Shown here in pieces: positions 33,471-43,549 of a stretch of DNA of 64,000 nucleotides; positions within the stretch are counted from its first letter, which is position 1, and each line of letters opens with the position of its first letter. Source of the DNA: Bacteroidaceae bacterium (GTDB lineage: Bacteria; Bacteroidota; Bacteroidia; Bacteroidales; Bacteroidaceae); assembly GCA_900770665.1 (NCBI GenBank), contig CAAGKZ010000045.1, forward strand, positions 1,104 through 65,103, given 5' to 3'. Made by a program: the position numbers and the translations under genes. The notes below the pieces were generated by a model that had not been told where the DNA came from, did no database searches, and saw only the letters and a list, made by a program, of their open reading frames with translations.

Positions 33471-36464
33471 TTATTTTGTTTTGTTTTCGGTTGATAGTTT
33501 TGCAAGACGTGTGCTTATCATTTCGGCGATATCGTCATCGCCGTCGTAGTTGTTCTGCAGTGAAAGCAGATACTGCTTGGCTTCCATAGTCTTGCCTTGT
33601 GTGGCATAAAGGTCGGCAAGCAGTACAAAACTGCGGGCCATCCAATATGTGTGCGGGGTGCTCATTTCTATGAATTCATTGATCTCGTCCTCGCAGAAAT
33701 CGTAGCTGCCCTCATCAAAGAGAATCTGTGCAACAAGGTACTTGGCTTCGGCACCCTCTTTGGTACGTGTGTCCTGTGCAAACTTGTCAAGGTCATCAAA
33801 GGCCTTGTCGCGCTCATTAATTGCAAGGTATGCCTTTGCCCTGTTGAATGTGGCCTCGCGTCTGAGCTCGGGAGATATGTTCCTGTGGTTCTCCAACCTT
33901 GTGGCATATTCAATGATGTCGTTGTTGTTCTCCAGTTCAATGGCGATGTGCAGAACTCTTGTCAGAGCCGTTTTCTGTCGCTCCTCGTTGCTGCTTTGTT
34001 CTGCAATCTGTTTGTAGAGTACGCTCGCCTTGTCATATGCTCTGTTGTCATAGTGAATGCCGGCTGCAACAGTCATTGCCTCTTCGTGGTATTGGCTGTT
34101 AGGGAACTCAAGTACCTTTTCGAAACACTCCACTGCCTCGTCACTTGCACCCTGGTTGTAGCATATCACACCCTTGTAGTAGTAACTGTTCTGCCTGAAT
34201 GCACCGGCAGGGAAGTTCTGCAGATAATCTTCAAAGGCCTTCTTTGCCTCGTTGAGCTCGCCACGGCCGTATGCTTTTTCGGCAGCCATGTAAGTCAGCG
34301 TGTCAATCTCGTTGCTTTCAACCGGTTGCATGCCGGCTGTGTTCTTGATATATTCGGCATATTGGTCAACCTTGCCCATCTCTACATAAATGCTCTTCAA
34401 ATCCTGCATGGCAACCTGTGCCTCTTCGCTTTGCGGGTATTTGGCTATAATGTCCTTGTAGGCTTCTATTGCATTTCTGTGGTCGCCTATTGAATTGTAT
34501 ATCATAGCTCTCTCTGCCATTGCGCGGCGCGATGTCGAACTGTTTGGGAATGTGGCAATGAGCTTGTCATATGTATTTATGGCCTCGCGATAGTTCTCCT
34601 GCTTGATGTAGTTGCGTCCCATCTCATACATGGCCTGCTCGGTGTATTTGCTGTTGGGGAACTTCTCTATAAGTCTCTTCAATGTGTTGAGGCTCTCTGC
34701 CTGGTTGTTTCTGAGGCTTTGTATCTGTGCATAGCGGTAGAGCGAGTAGTCGGCATTCCTGTTGAATGTGTTTGCCGCCTGTGCGTAATAACCTGCCGCA
34801 TCTTCGAAATTTCTCTGGTAGAAATGGCAGTCGGCAATGCGGTTGTATGCGTCGGAGATTGTCTCACGGTCGCTCTTGTCGGCAATCTTTACAAAATTTA
34901 TGAAACGGCTGCATGCTTCGTCGTAGCTGCCCTCGTTGAAATAGGTGTATCCGATGCCGTATGTAGCAAGGCTGTTGCCTTTGGCGCCACAGTTCAGTGA
35001 TTGTCCGTAGCAACGGCGCGCCCCGGCCATATCGCCCTTGCGGAAGAGAGCTTCACCTTTCCAGAACAGCGCATTGCTTTGTGTTTCAGCGTTGTATTTC
35101 GCCAGTTTTAAAGAACTGTCCATATAATCAATGGCTCCATCCATATTCCCGTCGATGAACTCCTGTACTCCCAAACGGTAAAGGATATTCTGTTTGGCTT
35201 CAAGAATCTTGGCCGAAGGATTCTTTATCTTGTTTATTGACTGTAAGGCCACATTGTAGTTGCGGGTATTGTTGTACACCTCAATGAGATATTCGCCAAC
35301 CTTGTCGGCATGCTTTGAGGCGGGGTAGTCATTGAGGAACTGCTCAAAGGCCTTTACGCTCTCGGCAAAGGGTGAGTAGCGTGTCTGGTGGATGCAGAGT
35401 GCATAGTTGTAGAGCGCTTCTTCGCGCACTGCATCGTCATATGTCATTGTTGCTGCACGTTCCAATGCAAGGCGGGCGCTGTTGCTGTTGCCGTTGTCAA
35501 GATATATGAGACCCATGTGCAATAGAGCGCTCTGTGCTATGGCATCATCCTTCTCAGTGCATTGGGAAAGCATTTCCATAGCCTTGTCGTACTTGCCGTT
35601 TGCATACAGGCTTGCTCCCAGTTGATAAAGTGCCACACGTTGCGGTGTGTGGTAGTTTTCCAGGTATATTGTGAGGGCCTTTTCGGCCTCCTCGTAATTA
35701 CCCCGCATGAATTCGGCTGCACCAAGCATCTGGTACATGCGGTAATATTCCGTAACGGTTGGCTTGTTGTTGTCAAGATACAATCTGGCTCCGTCGGCGG
35801 CGCGTGTCTCCTCGCCATTTTTCAGCCATATACCGGTAATGTAGTATTGTGATTCGCCGCAGTACTTTGCGTCGAGTTCTAGATTTTTGAATCCTTTATA
35901 TGCTTCGTCGAGGTTGCCACGGTTGTAGTTTATGACGGCAAGGTAGAACTCTGCGTCTTTATTGCATACTTTGCTTGTAAGTGACAGGTTCATGAGCAGG
36001 TTCTCTGCGGCACCCTCGTTGCCACAATTAAGCAATGACAGAGCGTAAAGGAGTGTCGCTTCATCGCGTTGCCTGGGGGTGAGGCGTTTGAAGTTGCACT
36101 CTCCGAAGTATGAGCATGCCTGGTCGTAATTGCCGGTGTGGTAATACGATTTGGCAATGTAACAGTACAGCATTTCACGTTTTGCGCTCTCGGGGTAGTC
36201 GGCGAGGTATTGGAACAACAGAGCACGCCCGTCGAGAATGTTGTTCTCATATACTATCAGTGCTTTCAATAGTTCATACTCCTGTCTCTCCTTGCTGTTT
36301 AGTCTGTTGGCGTCAATCTCCTCAATCGCTGTTAGCGCTGTGGAGTATTCGCCATCGGAGTACAAGCGCTGGCACTCGTCGATGAGCCTTGTCTTGTTGT
36401 CGGTCTGTGCTGTCGCTGTAAAGCCTATTGTGGCGCACAGCAGTAGAACAATGCTTCTTTTCAT
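33471..36464 (-). CDS. tetratricopeptide-repeat protein (997 aa), secreted/periplasmic
   Basis: Signal peptide MKRSIVLLLCATIGFTATA/Q. The rest is essentially wall-to-wall TPR-like helical repeats (recurrent G.Y..A...F/Y patterns). Confidence 0.8.
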   Translation of the reverse strand: MKRSIVLLLCATIGFTATAQTDNKTRLIDECQRLYSDGEYSTALTAIEEIDANRLNSKERQEYELLKALIVYENNILDGRALLFQYLADYPESAKREMLYCYIAKSYYHTGNYDQACSYFGECNFKRLTPRQRDEATLLYALSLLNCGNEGAAENLLMNLSLTSKVCNKDAEFYLAVINYNRGNLDEAYKGFKNLELDAKYCGESQYYITGIWLKNGEETRAADGARLYLDNNKPTVTEYYRMYQMLGAAEFMRGNYEEAEKALTIYLENYHTPQRVALYQLGASLYANGKYDKAMEMLSQCTEKDDAIAQSALLHMGLIYLDNGNSNSARLALERAATMTYDDAVREEALYNYALCIHQTRYSPFAESVKAFEQFLNDYPASKHADKVGEYLIEVYNNTRNYNVALQSINKIKNPSAKILEAKQNILYRLGVQEFIDGNMDGAIDYMDSSLKLAKYNAETQSNALFWKGEALFRKGDMAGARRCYGQSLNCGAKGNSLATYGIGYTYFNEGSYDEACSRFINFVKIADKSDRETISDAYNRIADCHFYQRNFEDAAGYYAQAANTFNRNADYSLYRYAQIQSLRNNQAESLNTLKRLIEKFPNSKYTEQAMYEMGRNYIKQENYREAINTYDKLIATFPNSSTSRRAMAERAMIYNSIGDHRNAIEAYKDIIAKYPQSEEAQVAMQDLKSIYVEMGKVDQYAEYIKNTAGMQPVESNEIDTLTYMAAEKAYGRGELNEAKKAFEDYLQNFPAGAFRQNSYYYKGVICYNQGASDEAVECFEKVLEFPNSQYHEEAMTVAAGIHYDNRAYDKASVLYKQIAEQSSNEERQKTALTRVLHIAIELENNNDIIEYATRLENHRNISPELRREATFNRAKAYLAINERDKAFDDLDKFAQDTRTKEGAEAKYLVAQILFDEGSYDFCEDEINEFIEMSTPHTYWMARSFVLLADLYATQGKTMEAKQYLLSLQNNYDGDDDIAEMISTRLAKLSTENKTK

Positions 36465-37000
36465 CTTTTATTTTGTATTATTTTAATTTCTCTTAATCTT
36501 TCAATGGCTTTTTTTATCGATGCGAGTCCAAAATCCTCGCTCCGTAAATCATCAATGGCAATCCACAGCAACTCGGAAACATCGTCGTCGGCAGTTGGTT
36601 TGGCCTTGGTATCGACCGTGCAGTGGAAGAACATGTCCATTGTGTGCAGTTCCATCCCTGAGTACATATACGTGTTGGGTATGCTGAACAGGTAGTTTGT
36701 GCTGCATACCTTTAGCCCGGTCTCTTCCTCAATCTCGCGCGCCACACCCTCCTCGGCAGTCTCGTAGCTGTCGCAGAAACCTCCGGGCAGGTCAAGCGTC
36801 CCTTTTGCCGGTTCTTTGGCACGACGTGCCACTAGCATCTCGCCTTTATCGTTGGTAATAATGCCTACAGTGGCCGCCAAGGGGTTGAAGTAATATATGA
36901 AACCACAGCTGCCGCAACGCTTCGACTTGAAATCGTTTTCGGCAAACTTGTCGCTGCCGCATCTGGGGCAGTAGTTGAAAAGGTGTAGCGGATGTCGCAT
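36461..37000 (-). CDS. NUDIX hydrolase with N-terminal zinc ribbon (NADH pyrophosphatase-like)
   Basis: A CPRCGS...CGSCGF zinc ribbon and Nudix box GGFCDSYETAEEGVAREIEEETG. Its stop overlaps the TPR start (ATGA). Confidence 0.85.
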   Translation of the reverse strand: MRHPLHLFNYCPRCGSDKFAENDFKSKRCGSCGFIYYFNPLAATVGIITNDKGEMLVARRAKEPAKGTLDLPGGFCDSYETAEEGVAREIEEETGLKVCSTNYLFSIPNTYMYSGMELHTMDMFFHCTVDTKAKPTADDDVSELLWIAIDDLRSEDFGLASIKKAIERLREIKIIQNKR

Positions 37001-37196
37001 CTATCTTTTGTTATATATCCGGATATTATTTACCTAAAATACCTAAATTGCTGCGAAGATACCTATTTTTTGGCAGCTTTCCCTCAGTAGTGACGTTTTT
37101 TATCCCTTTATTTGTATAATTTAAATAATATTTATCATTTACTGCGATTTTTGTGCATTTTTCACACTTTTGTGTCAAACTACTGAATAAAAAATC

Positions 37197-37204
37197 GTAT
37201 CTTT
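37197..37204 (+). promoter_or_regulatory. -7 promoter box (TAnnTTTG) for gpmI
   Basis: TATCTTTG lies 82 nt upstream of the gpmI ATG. The leader contains a GCATTTT/AAAATGC hairpin. Confidence 0.4.
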
Positions 37205-37285
37205 GCGGCGCATTTTTGTAAAATGCCGTTGTGCGGCTATTTTGGCGGCAATAGAAATTAAATAAGAATTAAAACATTAAATACT

Positions 37286-38785
37286 ATGGCAAACAAAGCA
37301 TTATTGGTAATTCTCGATGGTTGGGGTGTCGGTAACCACGGCAAAGGTGATGTTATTTTCAATACACCTACGCCCTACTGGGATCATTTGACATCTGTTT
37401 ATCCCACATCACAGCTCCAGGCGAGCGGTGAGAACGTAGGTCTCCCTGCAGGACAGATGGGTAACAGCGAGGTAGGTCACCTCAATATCGGTGGCGGCCG
37501 CGTGGTATATCAGGATTTGCTCAAGATAAACCGTGCCATTGCTGACGGCTCAATCGCGCAGAACCCGCAGTTGGTTGCAGCTGTTGAGTATGCAAAGGCA
37601 AACGGCAAGAAGCTCCACTTCATGGGTCTTACATCGGATGGTGGCGTGCATAGCTCACTCGAGCACCTCGAGGCAATGTACAAGTTCGCTGCAGAGCAGG
37701 GTGTTGAGAACGCTTATGTACACTGTTTCATGGATGGCCGTGACACCGACCCAAAGAGCGGTGCAGGCTTCATTGAGGATTTGACATCAAAGGGACTCAA
37801 ATTGGCTACAATAGTCGGTCGTTACTATGCAATGGACCGCGACAAACGTTGGGAGCGCGTTAAGATTGCTTACGACCTCATTGTTGGCGGCGAGGGCAAG
37901 CAGGCATCCGACATGGTTGCTGCTGTTAAGGAGTCATATGAAGAGGGTGTTACCGATGAGTTTATCAAGCCAATCGTCAATACAAACTTTGACGGCCGCA
38001 TTGGCGAGGGTGATGCGGTAATATTCTTCAACTACCGCAACGACCGCGCTAAGGAGCTTACAGTTGTTCTTACACAGGAGGATATGCCAGCCGAGGGTAT
38101 GCACACAATCCCCGGTCTGCAGTACTATTGCATGACTCCATACGATGCAAAGTTCACCGGTGTTCACATCCTCTTTGACAAGGAGAACGTTGAGAATACA
38201 CTTGGCGAGTTCATTGCAAAGCAGGGCATGAAGCAGTTGCACATTGCCGAGACCGAGAAGTATGCTCACGTTACATTCTTCTTCAACGGTGGCCGCGAGA
38301 CTCCATATGACGGCGAGGAGCGTATCCTTGTTCCATCACCAAAGGTTGCAACATACGACCTTCAGCCCGAAATGAGTGCATACGAGGTTAAAGATAAACT
38401 GGTTAATGAAATCAACAGCGAGAAGTTTGACTTCATTGTTGTGAACTTTGCTAACGGTGACATGGTTGGTCACACAGGTGTTTACAGCGCTATTGAGAAG
38501 GCTGTGCTTGCTGTTGACGCTTGTTTGAAGGATGTTATCGAGGCTGCCCGCAATCACGGTTATGAGTCGATTATCATTGCCGACCATGGTAATGCCGACA
38601 ATGCGGTGAATGCCGATGGCTCACCAAACACAGCACACTCTTTGAACCCTGTTCCATGTGTGTATGTTACCAACCAGGAGAGTGCAACAATAGAGGATGG
38701 TATCCTGGCCGACGTCGCTCCGACAATCCTCAAGATTATGGGCTTGGAGGCTCCTGCAGATATGACAGGTAAAGCATTGATCTAA
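37286..38785 (+). CDS. gpmI: 2,3-bisphosphoglycerate-independent phosphoglycerate mutase
   Basis: 499 aa with [18 protein letters not shown] and ADHGNA motifs. Confidence 0.95.
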   Translation: MANKALLVILDGWGVGNHGKGDVIFNTPTPYWDHLTSVYPTSQLQASGENVGLPAGQMGNSEVGHLNIGGGRVVYQDLLKINRAIADGSIAQNPQLVAAVEYAKANGKKLHFMGLTSDGGVHSSLEHLEAMYKFAAEQGVENAYVHCFMDGRDTDPKSGAGFIEDLTSKGLKLATIVGRYYAMDRDKRWERVKIAYDLIVGGEGKQASDMVAAVKESYEEGVTDEFIKPIVNTNFDGRIGEGDAVIFFNYRNDRAKELTVVLTQEDMPAEGMHTIPGLQYYCMTPYDAKFTGVHILFDKENVENTLGEFIAKQGMKQLHIAETEKYAHVTFFFNGGRETPYDGEERILVPSPKVATYDLQPEMSAYEVKDKLVNEINSEKFDFIVVNFANGDMVGHTGVYSAIEKAVLAVDACLKDVIEAARNHGYESIIIADHGNADNAVNADGSPNTAHSLNPVPCVYVTNQESATIEDGILADVAPTILKIMGLEAPADMTGKALI

Positions 38786-38795
38786 TTCTAATAAA

Positions 38796-38846
38796 GTCTC
38801 TAAGGTCTCTAAGGACTCTAAAGTCTTTAGGGACCTTTGTTTTTTG
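38796..38846 (+). terminator. intrinsic terminator of gpmI built from a 9-nt tandem repeat
   Basis: GTCTCTAAG GTCTCTAAG GACTCTAAA GTCTTTAGG GACC. Positions 38804-38817 pair with 38822-38835 (14 bp, two G-U pairs). UUUGUUUUUUGGG follows. Confidence 0.75.
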
Positions 38847-38855
38847 GGAAGTATT

Positions 38856-39437
38856 ATGGTACAGATTGGAGACACTATAGTTTCGTTCGACCTTTTTCAG
38901 GAGTATTTCTTCTGTAACTTCACACACTGCAAGGGTGCGTGTTGCGTAGAGGGCGATGCCGGTGCGCCGGTGTTGATGGACGAAGTTGAAAAACTCGAAG
39001 AGGCACTTGAGGTCGTTGAGGACGAGATGACCCCCGAGGCGCGTGCCGTTGTTGGGGAACAGGGCGTGGTATATAATGACCGCGACGGCGACCTTGTGAC
39101 ATCTATTGTCAATGGCAAGGACTGTGTCTTTGCTTCGCGTGATGACAAGGGTAACTGCATTTGCTTGATTGACAAGGCATATCGCGAGGGGCGCACTTCG
39201 TGGCGCAAACCAATATCGTGCTATCTCTACCCTGTGCGATTGCGCAAGGTCGGTGATTTCGTAGGTGTCAACCTCCATAAGTGGGATGTCTGCAGCAGTG
39301 CATTCATCAAAGGTCGTCGCAAAGGGGTGAAAGCATACGAGTTTTTGAAAGAACCGCTCATTGAACGATTCGGTGAGGAGTGGTATAAAGAGCTATTGGT
39401 TGTTGCTGAAGAACTTAAGAAGCAGAATATGCTTTAA
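38856..39437 (+). CDS. DUF3109 family protein
   Basis: The N-terminus VQIGDTIVSFDLFQEYFFCNFTHCKGACCVEGDAGAP matches the Cys-rich DUF3109 pattern I recall from Bacteroides. The track starts at TTG 38844. Confidence 0.7.
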   Translation: MVQIGDTIVSFDLFQEYFFCNFTHCKGACCVEGDAGAPVLMDEVEKLEEALEVVEDEMTPEARAVVGEQGVVYNDRDGDLVTSIVNGKDCVFASRDDKGNCICLIDKAYREGRTSWRKPISCYLYPVRLRKVGDFVGVNLHKWDVCSSAFIKGRRKGVKAYEFLKEPLIERFGEEWYKELLVVAEELKKQNML

Positions 39438-39463
39438 TGCAACAGACGGCCGGTAATCCTGAA

Positions 39464-39487
39464 GGGGCGGACATACGTGTTCGTCCC
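39464..39487 (+). terminator. putative terminator hairpin after the DUF3109 gene
   Basis: GGGGCGGAC pairs with GUUCGUCCC (9 bp, two G-U pairs, so + strand specific) around a 6-nt loop. The U tract is weak (UUGCUGUUUG). Confidence 0.35.
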
Positions 39488-39626
39488 TTGCTGTTTGTAA
39501 AAAAGAGAGATAAAAGGACGGGAATGTGGTTTAAAATTAAAACAACTTCTTGATTCGCATTGCTTTTTTTTGTTCCTTTGCATAATATTTATAGGGGGTA
39601 TTCTCCATTATTACTTTTATTACATT

Positions 39627-41285
39627 ATGGGTGAATTTGAAATGATAGCAAAGACCTTCCAGGGTTTGGAAGAGGTCTTGGCAAAGGAGTTGGTCGCTTT
39701 AGGTGCAAATAACGTGCAGATAGGCCGTCGTATGGTCTCTTTTACAGGTGACAAGGAGATGATGTACAAAGCTAATTTCCATTTGAGGACTGCCGTGCGT
39801 ATCTTGAAACCTTTCCTTCACTTCAAGGCAACAAATGCCGATGAGGTGTATGAGGTGGTAAAGGCTTTCGACTGGGAACAGTTCCTTGACACAACTTCAA
39901 CATTCTCGGTAGATTCTGTTGTGTACAGCGAAGTGTTCCGTCATTCCAAATTCGTGGCATACCGTGTCAAGGATGCTATTGCCGATTACTTCAATGAAAA
40001 ATATGGCGAACGTCCGTCGGTGCGCCTGAATAATCCCGACCTTGTGTTCCATATACACATTGCAGGTGAGGAGTGTACTCTTGCGTTGGACAGTTCGGGT
40101 GAGTCACTGCACCGTCGCGGCTACCGCGTAGAAACCGGCCGTGCTCCAATCAATGAGGTGCTCGCTGCAGGTATGATTATGCTTACAAACTGGCATGGCG
40201 AGTGCGATTTCATTGATCCAATGTGCGGTTCAGGTACATTGCCCATCGAGGCTGCACTCATTGCACGCAATATTGCACCGGGTGTTTTCCGTCAGGGTTA
40301 TGCATTTGAAAAATGGAAGGATTATGACAGTGCGCTCTTCAAATCAATCTATGAGGATGACTCTGCCGAGCGTGAATTCAAACATAAGATTTATGGCTAT
40401 GATGTCGATGGTCGCATGGTGGCATGCGCACGCCGAAACGTTAAATCGGCTATGATGGGCGACTGCATTGAGATTGAGTGCCGTGACATCAAGGATTTCG
40501 AGGAGCACGCAGAACCTGCAATTATGATTGTGAACCCGCCTTATGGTGAGCGTCTTGTCCCCGAGAAGTTACTCCAGGTCTACAAGGACCTCGGTGCCCG
40601 TCTCAAGCATGCGTTCCAGGGCAACGTTGCATGGGTAATCAGCAACAACTACGACTGCTTTGACCAGATTGGTCTCAAGGCATCGGCACGTGTGCCTCTT
40701 TTCAACGGTGACCTCGATTGCGAGTTCCGCAAGTACGAACTTTTCCAGGGCAAGTATAAGGGATTCCGCGGTGAGGGTAACGAACTCAAGAAGGACTTCT
40801 CTCCACTAAAGCGCCAGTCACGCCTCACAGGTCTTGACGGTGAGACACGTTCGGAGCGTGCCTCAAAGAGCCGTAACAACGATGCCGACTACTCAAGCGA
40901 GATTGATGACGAGTCAATGCGTCGTCGTCGCGAGCTCGAGGCATACTTCAGCAAGGCTCGCAGAAAACCGGCACGCAGAGAGCGTACCGAGGGAGATGGT
41001 GAGAGAAGAGAACGCCGCAAGGACGACCGCTTTGCATCACGTGAAGGCCGTAGCGAACGCAGGGATGAGCGTCGCGCTCCACGCGATGACCGTTTCACTT
41101 CGCGCGAAGGACGTCCGGAACGTCGCGATGACCGCCGTCGTGAGGGCCGTGATGGCGGCAAATTCACCGGCAAGGGTGGTGCAAGGGACCGCAAGCCTTT
41201 TGACCGCAAGGGCGAGGGTAAACGTCAAGCACCATATAAGGGTGATTTCAAGCCATTGCGTGGCGGTAAGAGAAAAGATATTTGA
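39627..41285 (+). CDS. THUMP-domain class I SAM-dependent RNA methyltransferase with Arg-rich disordered C-terminal tail
   Basis: The MIAKTFQGLEEVLAKEL start is typical of THUMP/UPF0020 enzymes. GSGT(L) motif I and NPPYGERL motif IV are present. About 170 aa of R/D/E-rich low-complexity tail follows. The track starts at 39570, in a hydrophobic unlikely leader. Confidence 0.85.
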   Translation: MGEFEMIAKTFQGLEEVLAKELVALGANNVQIGRRMVSFTGDKEMMYKANFHLRTAVRILKPFLHFKATNADEVYEVVKAFDWEQFLDTTSTFSVDSVVYSEVFRHSKFVAYRVKDAIADYFNEKYGERPSVRLNNPDLVFHIHIAGEECTLALDSSGESLHRRGYRVETGRAPINEVLAAGMIMLTNWHGECDFIDPMCGSGTLPIEAALIARNIAPGVFRQGYAFEKWKDYDSALFKSIYEDDSAEREFKHKIYGYDVDGRMVACARRNVKSAMMGDCIEIECRDIKDFEEHAEPAIMIVNPPYGERLVPEKLLQVYKDLGARLKHAFQGNVAWVISNNYDCFDQIGLKASARVPLFNGDLDCEFRKYELFQGKYKGFRGEGNELKKDFSPLKRQSRLTGLDGETRSERASKSRNNDADYSSEIDDESMRRRRELEAYFSKARRKPARRERTEGDGERRERRKDDRFASREGRSERRDERRAPRDDRFTSREGRPERRDDRRREGRDGGKFTGKGGARDRKPFDRKGEGKRQAPYKGDFKPLRGGKRKDI

Positions 41286-41316
41286 TTTGACTTGATAACA
41301 GTAAAACATAACAGTT

Positions 41317-42585
41317 ATGAATATATTGCTTTTGGGTAGCGGTGGCCGTGAGCACGCTCTCGCATGGAAAATAGCTCAAAGTGCTAAAGTTGAAAAACTC
41401 TACATCGCTCCGGGTAATGCCGGAACAAAGGAGGTTGGCGAGAATGTGAACATTGCAGTGTGCGATTTCGATGCCATTGCAGAGTTTGTTCTTGCAAACA
41501 ATGTATCTATGGTGGTTGTAGGTCCCGAGGATCCATTGGTGAAGGGTGTATATGACTACTTTGCTGCCGATGAGAGACTTAAGGAGGTTGCAGTAATCGG
41601 CCCCACAAAGGCTGCTGCCGAGCTCGAGGGAAGCAAGAACTTTGCAAAGGAGTTCATGCAGCGTCACAACATCCCTACAGCTGCGTACAAGGCTTTCACT
41701 GCTGCCGAGAAGGAGGAGGCTTACCGTTTCCTTGAGGGGTTGAAGGCTCCTTACGTGCTCAAGGCCGATGGCTTGTGTGCCGGTAAGGGTGTACTCATTC
41801 TTCCTACATTGGAGGAGGCAAAGAGCAGCCTGAATGAGATGCTCGACGGTATGTTCGGCGACTCATCGGCTACCGTTGTGATTGAGGAGTTTCTCGATGG
41901 TATCGAGTGCTCGGTATTTGTGCTTACAGACGGCAAGGATTATGTCATCCTGCCCGAGGCTAAGGACTACAAGCGCATCGGTGAGGGCAATACAGGCTTG
42001 AACACCGGTGGTATGGGTTCAATTTCTCCTGTTCCTTTCGCAACAAAGGAGTGGATGAAGAAAGTTGAAGACAGAATTATCAAGCCAACAGTTGACGGTC
42101 TTGTAAAAGACAATCTTCTCTATAAGGGCTTTATCTTCTTCGGTCTCATAAACGTTGAGGGTGAGCCAATGGTAATTGAATATAATGTCCGTATGGGCGA
42201 CCCTGAGACAGAGTCTGTAATGTTGCGTCTGAAGAGCGACATCGTAGAGCTCTTTGAAAAGGTGGCTGCAGGAACACTCGCAGGTACCACTGTGGAGTTC
42301 GATGAGCGCAATGCTGTGTGCGTGATGCTCGTGTCAGGCGGTTACCCTGAGCACTATGACAAGGGCTTTGAGATGACCGGCTTTGAGGATGTAAAGGATA
42401 GCATACTTTTCCATGCCGGTACAACCGAAAAGGATGGCAAGGTGGTTACAGCCGGTGGCCGTGTGATTGCTGCGGTCTCTTATGGCGCAACACGCGAGGA
42501 GGCTCTCGAGCGCTCTTTCCGTTCGGCAAATGCCATCAAGTACGAGAAAAAGTATTTCCGAGGCGATATAGGTTTTGACTTGTAA
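41317..42585 (+). CDS. purD: phosphoribosylamine--glycine ligase
   Basis: 422 aa. [18 protein letters not shown] and the ATP-grasp core are typical PurD. Confidence 0.95.
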   Translation: MNILLLGSGGREHALAWKIAQSAKVEKLYIAPGNAGTKEVGENVNIAVCDFDAIAEFVLANNVSMVVVGPEDPLVKGVYDYFAADERLKEVAVIGPTKAAAELEGSKNFAKEFMQRHNIPTAAYKAFTAAEKEEAYRFLEGLKAPYVLKADGLCAGKGVLILPTLEEAKSSLNEMLDGMFGDSSATVVIEEFLDGIECSVFVLTDGKDYVILPEAKDYKRIGEGNTGLNTGGMGSISPVPFATKEWMKKVEDRIIKPTVDGLVKDNLLYKGFIFFGLINVEGEPMVIEYNVRMGDPETESVMLRLKSDIVELFEKVAAGTLAGTTVEFDERNAVCVMLVSGGYPEHYDKGFEMTGFEDVKDSILFHAGTTEKDGKVVTAGGRVIAAVSYGATREEALERSFRSANAIKYEKKYFRGDIGFDL

Positions 42586-42589
42586 GAAA

Positions 42590-43549
42590 ATGCTTCAGGG
42601 CTCATTTGCTAATGGCAGATATACATCGACAGTACTATTTGTGCTGTCGATGTCGGTTATGTTGGCGGCTTGTTGGTTGCCGCCGGCTGTGGATTCTGTC
42701 GCGCAACCGGCTGTGTCGGAGTTTATGGGCGGGATTCTGTCGCGAGTCGTGTCAATGCTGATATATGGTTTTTCGGCAGTGCTGCTGTCGCGGCAGACAT
42801 TCTTTGACCGTGGTGTTAAATGGATGGGTGCGCTCTATCTGTGGTTTGTGGCAATGTCTATGTTTGTGAATGGAAACCCATTGATTGCGTTCGCCTCACT
42901 GCTGTTTCTGCTTTCAGTCATATTATTGCTTTTGTGCCAGTATAGCGCTAATCCGGTAGGGCCTTTCTATAGCTCGTTTATGATTCTTGGCATTCTTTGT
43001 TATATAATGCCCTTTTCGGTGTACTTTGTGCCACTGTATCTGCTTTTCTGCTTTATAACAAATACTTTTTCGGTGCGAGGCATGGCGGCTTCGCTTCTTG
43101 GACTTCTTACGCCATTGTGGCTTGTAATGGGACTTGCATATGTGTTCCCCGATGTCAGTGTGTTGCAGCAGATTTTTATGGATGGGTTGGCCAATGTTTT
43201 TGATATTGGTTTTTCGGCATTTTCAGTTCTTGATATGTTGCTGTCGGTTTTTGTGCTTGCCATTCTGTTGCCTGCAATTTTTGCGTTTGTAGGTAGCACC
43301 TCGCCATCCAAGCCATTGCTGCGTCGCAGGATGTCTTTCCTGATTATTGCAGATGTTTACATGCTGTTGCTGTTCTGCTTTGTCGATGGTGGTTCCGTTT
43401 TTTTCTATATGTGCCAATTACCATGTGTGGCAATATTTGCCTCGTATCTTCTTGCTAAGAAGGAGACAAAACTTTCGAATGTCTATTTTGTTCTTGTCAA
43501 TATAATTATAATTGCTATAGCAACGCTGGGATTATGGGTGAAACTCTGA
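42590..43549 (+). CDS. hypothetical polytopic membrane protein
   Basis: About 320 aa, essentially all hydrophobic helices (8 or more predicted by eye). No motif recognised. ATG 42590 lies just after the purD stop. Confidence 0.5.
   Translation: MLQGSFANGRYTSTVLFVLSMSVMLAACWLPPAVDSVAQPAVSEFMGGILSRVVSMLIYGFSAVLLSRQTFFDRGVKWMGALYLWFVAMSMFVNGNPLIAFASLLFLLSVILLLLCQYSANPVGPFYSSFMILGILCYIMPFSVYFVPLYLLFCFITNTFSVRGMAASLLGLLTPLWLVMGLAYVFPDVSVLQQIFMDGLANVFDIGFSAFSVLDMLLSVFVLAILLPAIFAFVGSTSPSKPLLRRRMSFLIIADVYMLLLFCFVDGGSVFFYMCQLPCVAIFASYLLAKKETKLSNVYFVLVNIIIIAIATLGLWVKL

Noticed and set aside
33597-34493. 298-aa + strand ORF
   Set aside because: It is antisense to the TPR gene. It is a low-complexity Val/Leu/Cys-rich translation mirroring the repetitive TPR codons.
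37150-37166. Second Rex-box candidate TTGTGCATTTTTCACAC in the gpmI promoter region
   Set aside because: The TGTG and CACA arms are 7 nt apart instead of the 8 nt required by TTGTGAA-N4-TTCACAA, and the inner AA/TT positions do not fit. Too weak to call without a scoring matrix.
40834-41295. Alternative-frame ORFs (153 aa +, 106 aa -, 90 aa -) over the end of the THUMP methyltransferase gene
   Set aside because: They are artefacts of the CGN/GAN-rich repetitive DNA encoding the Arg-rich tail, which keeps several frames open. The frame continuous with the catalytic domain is the parsimonious one.
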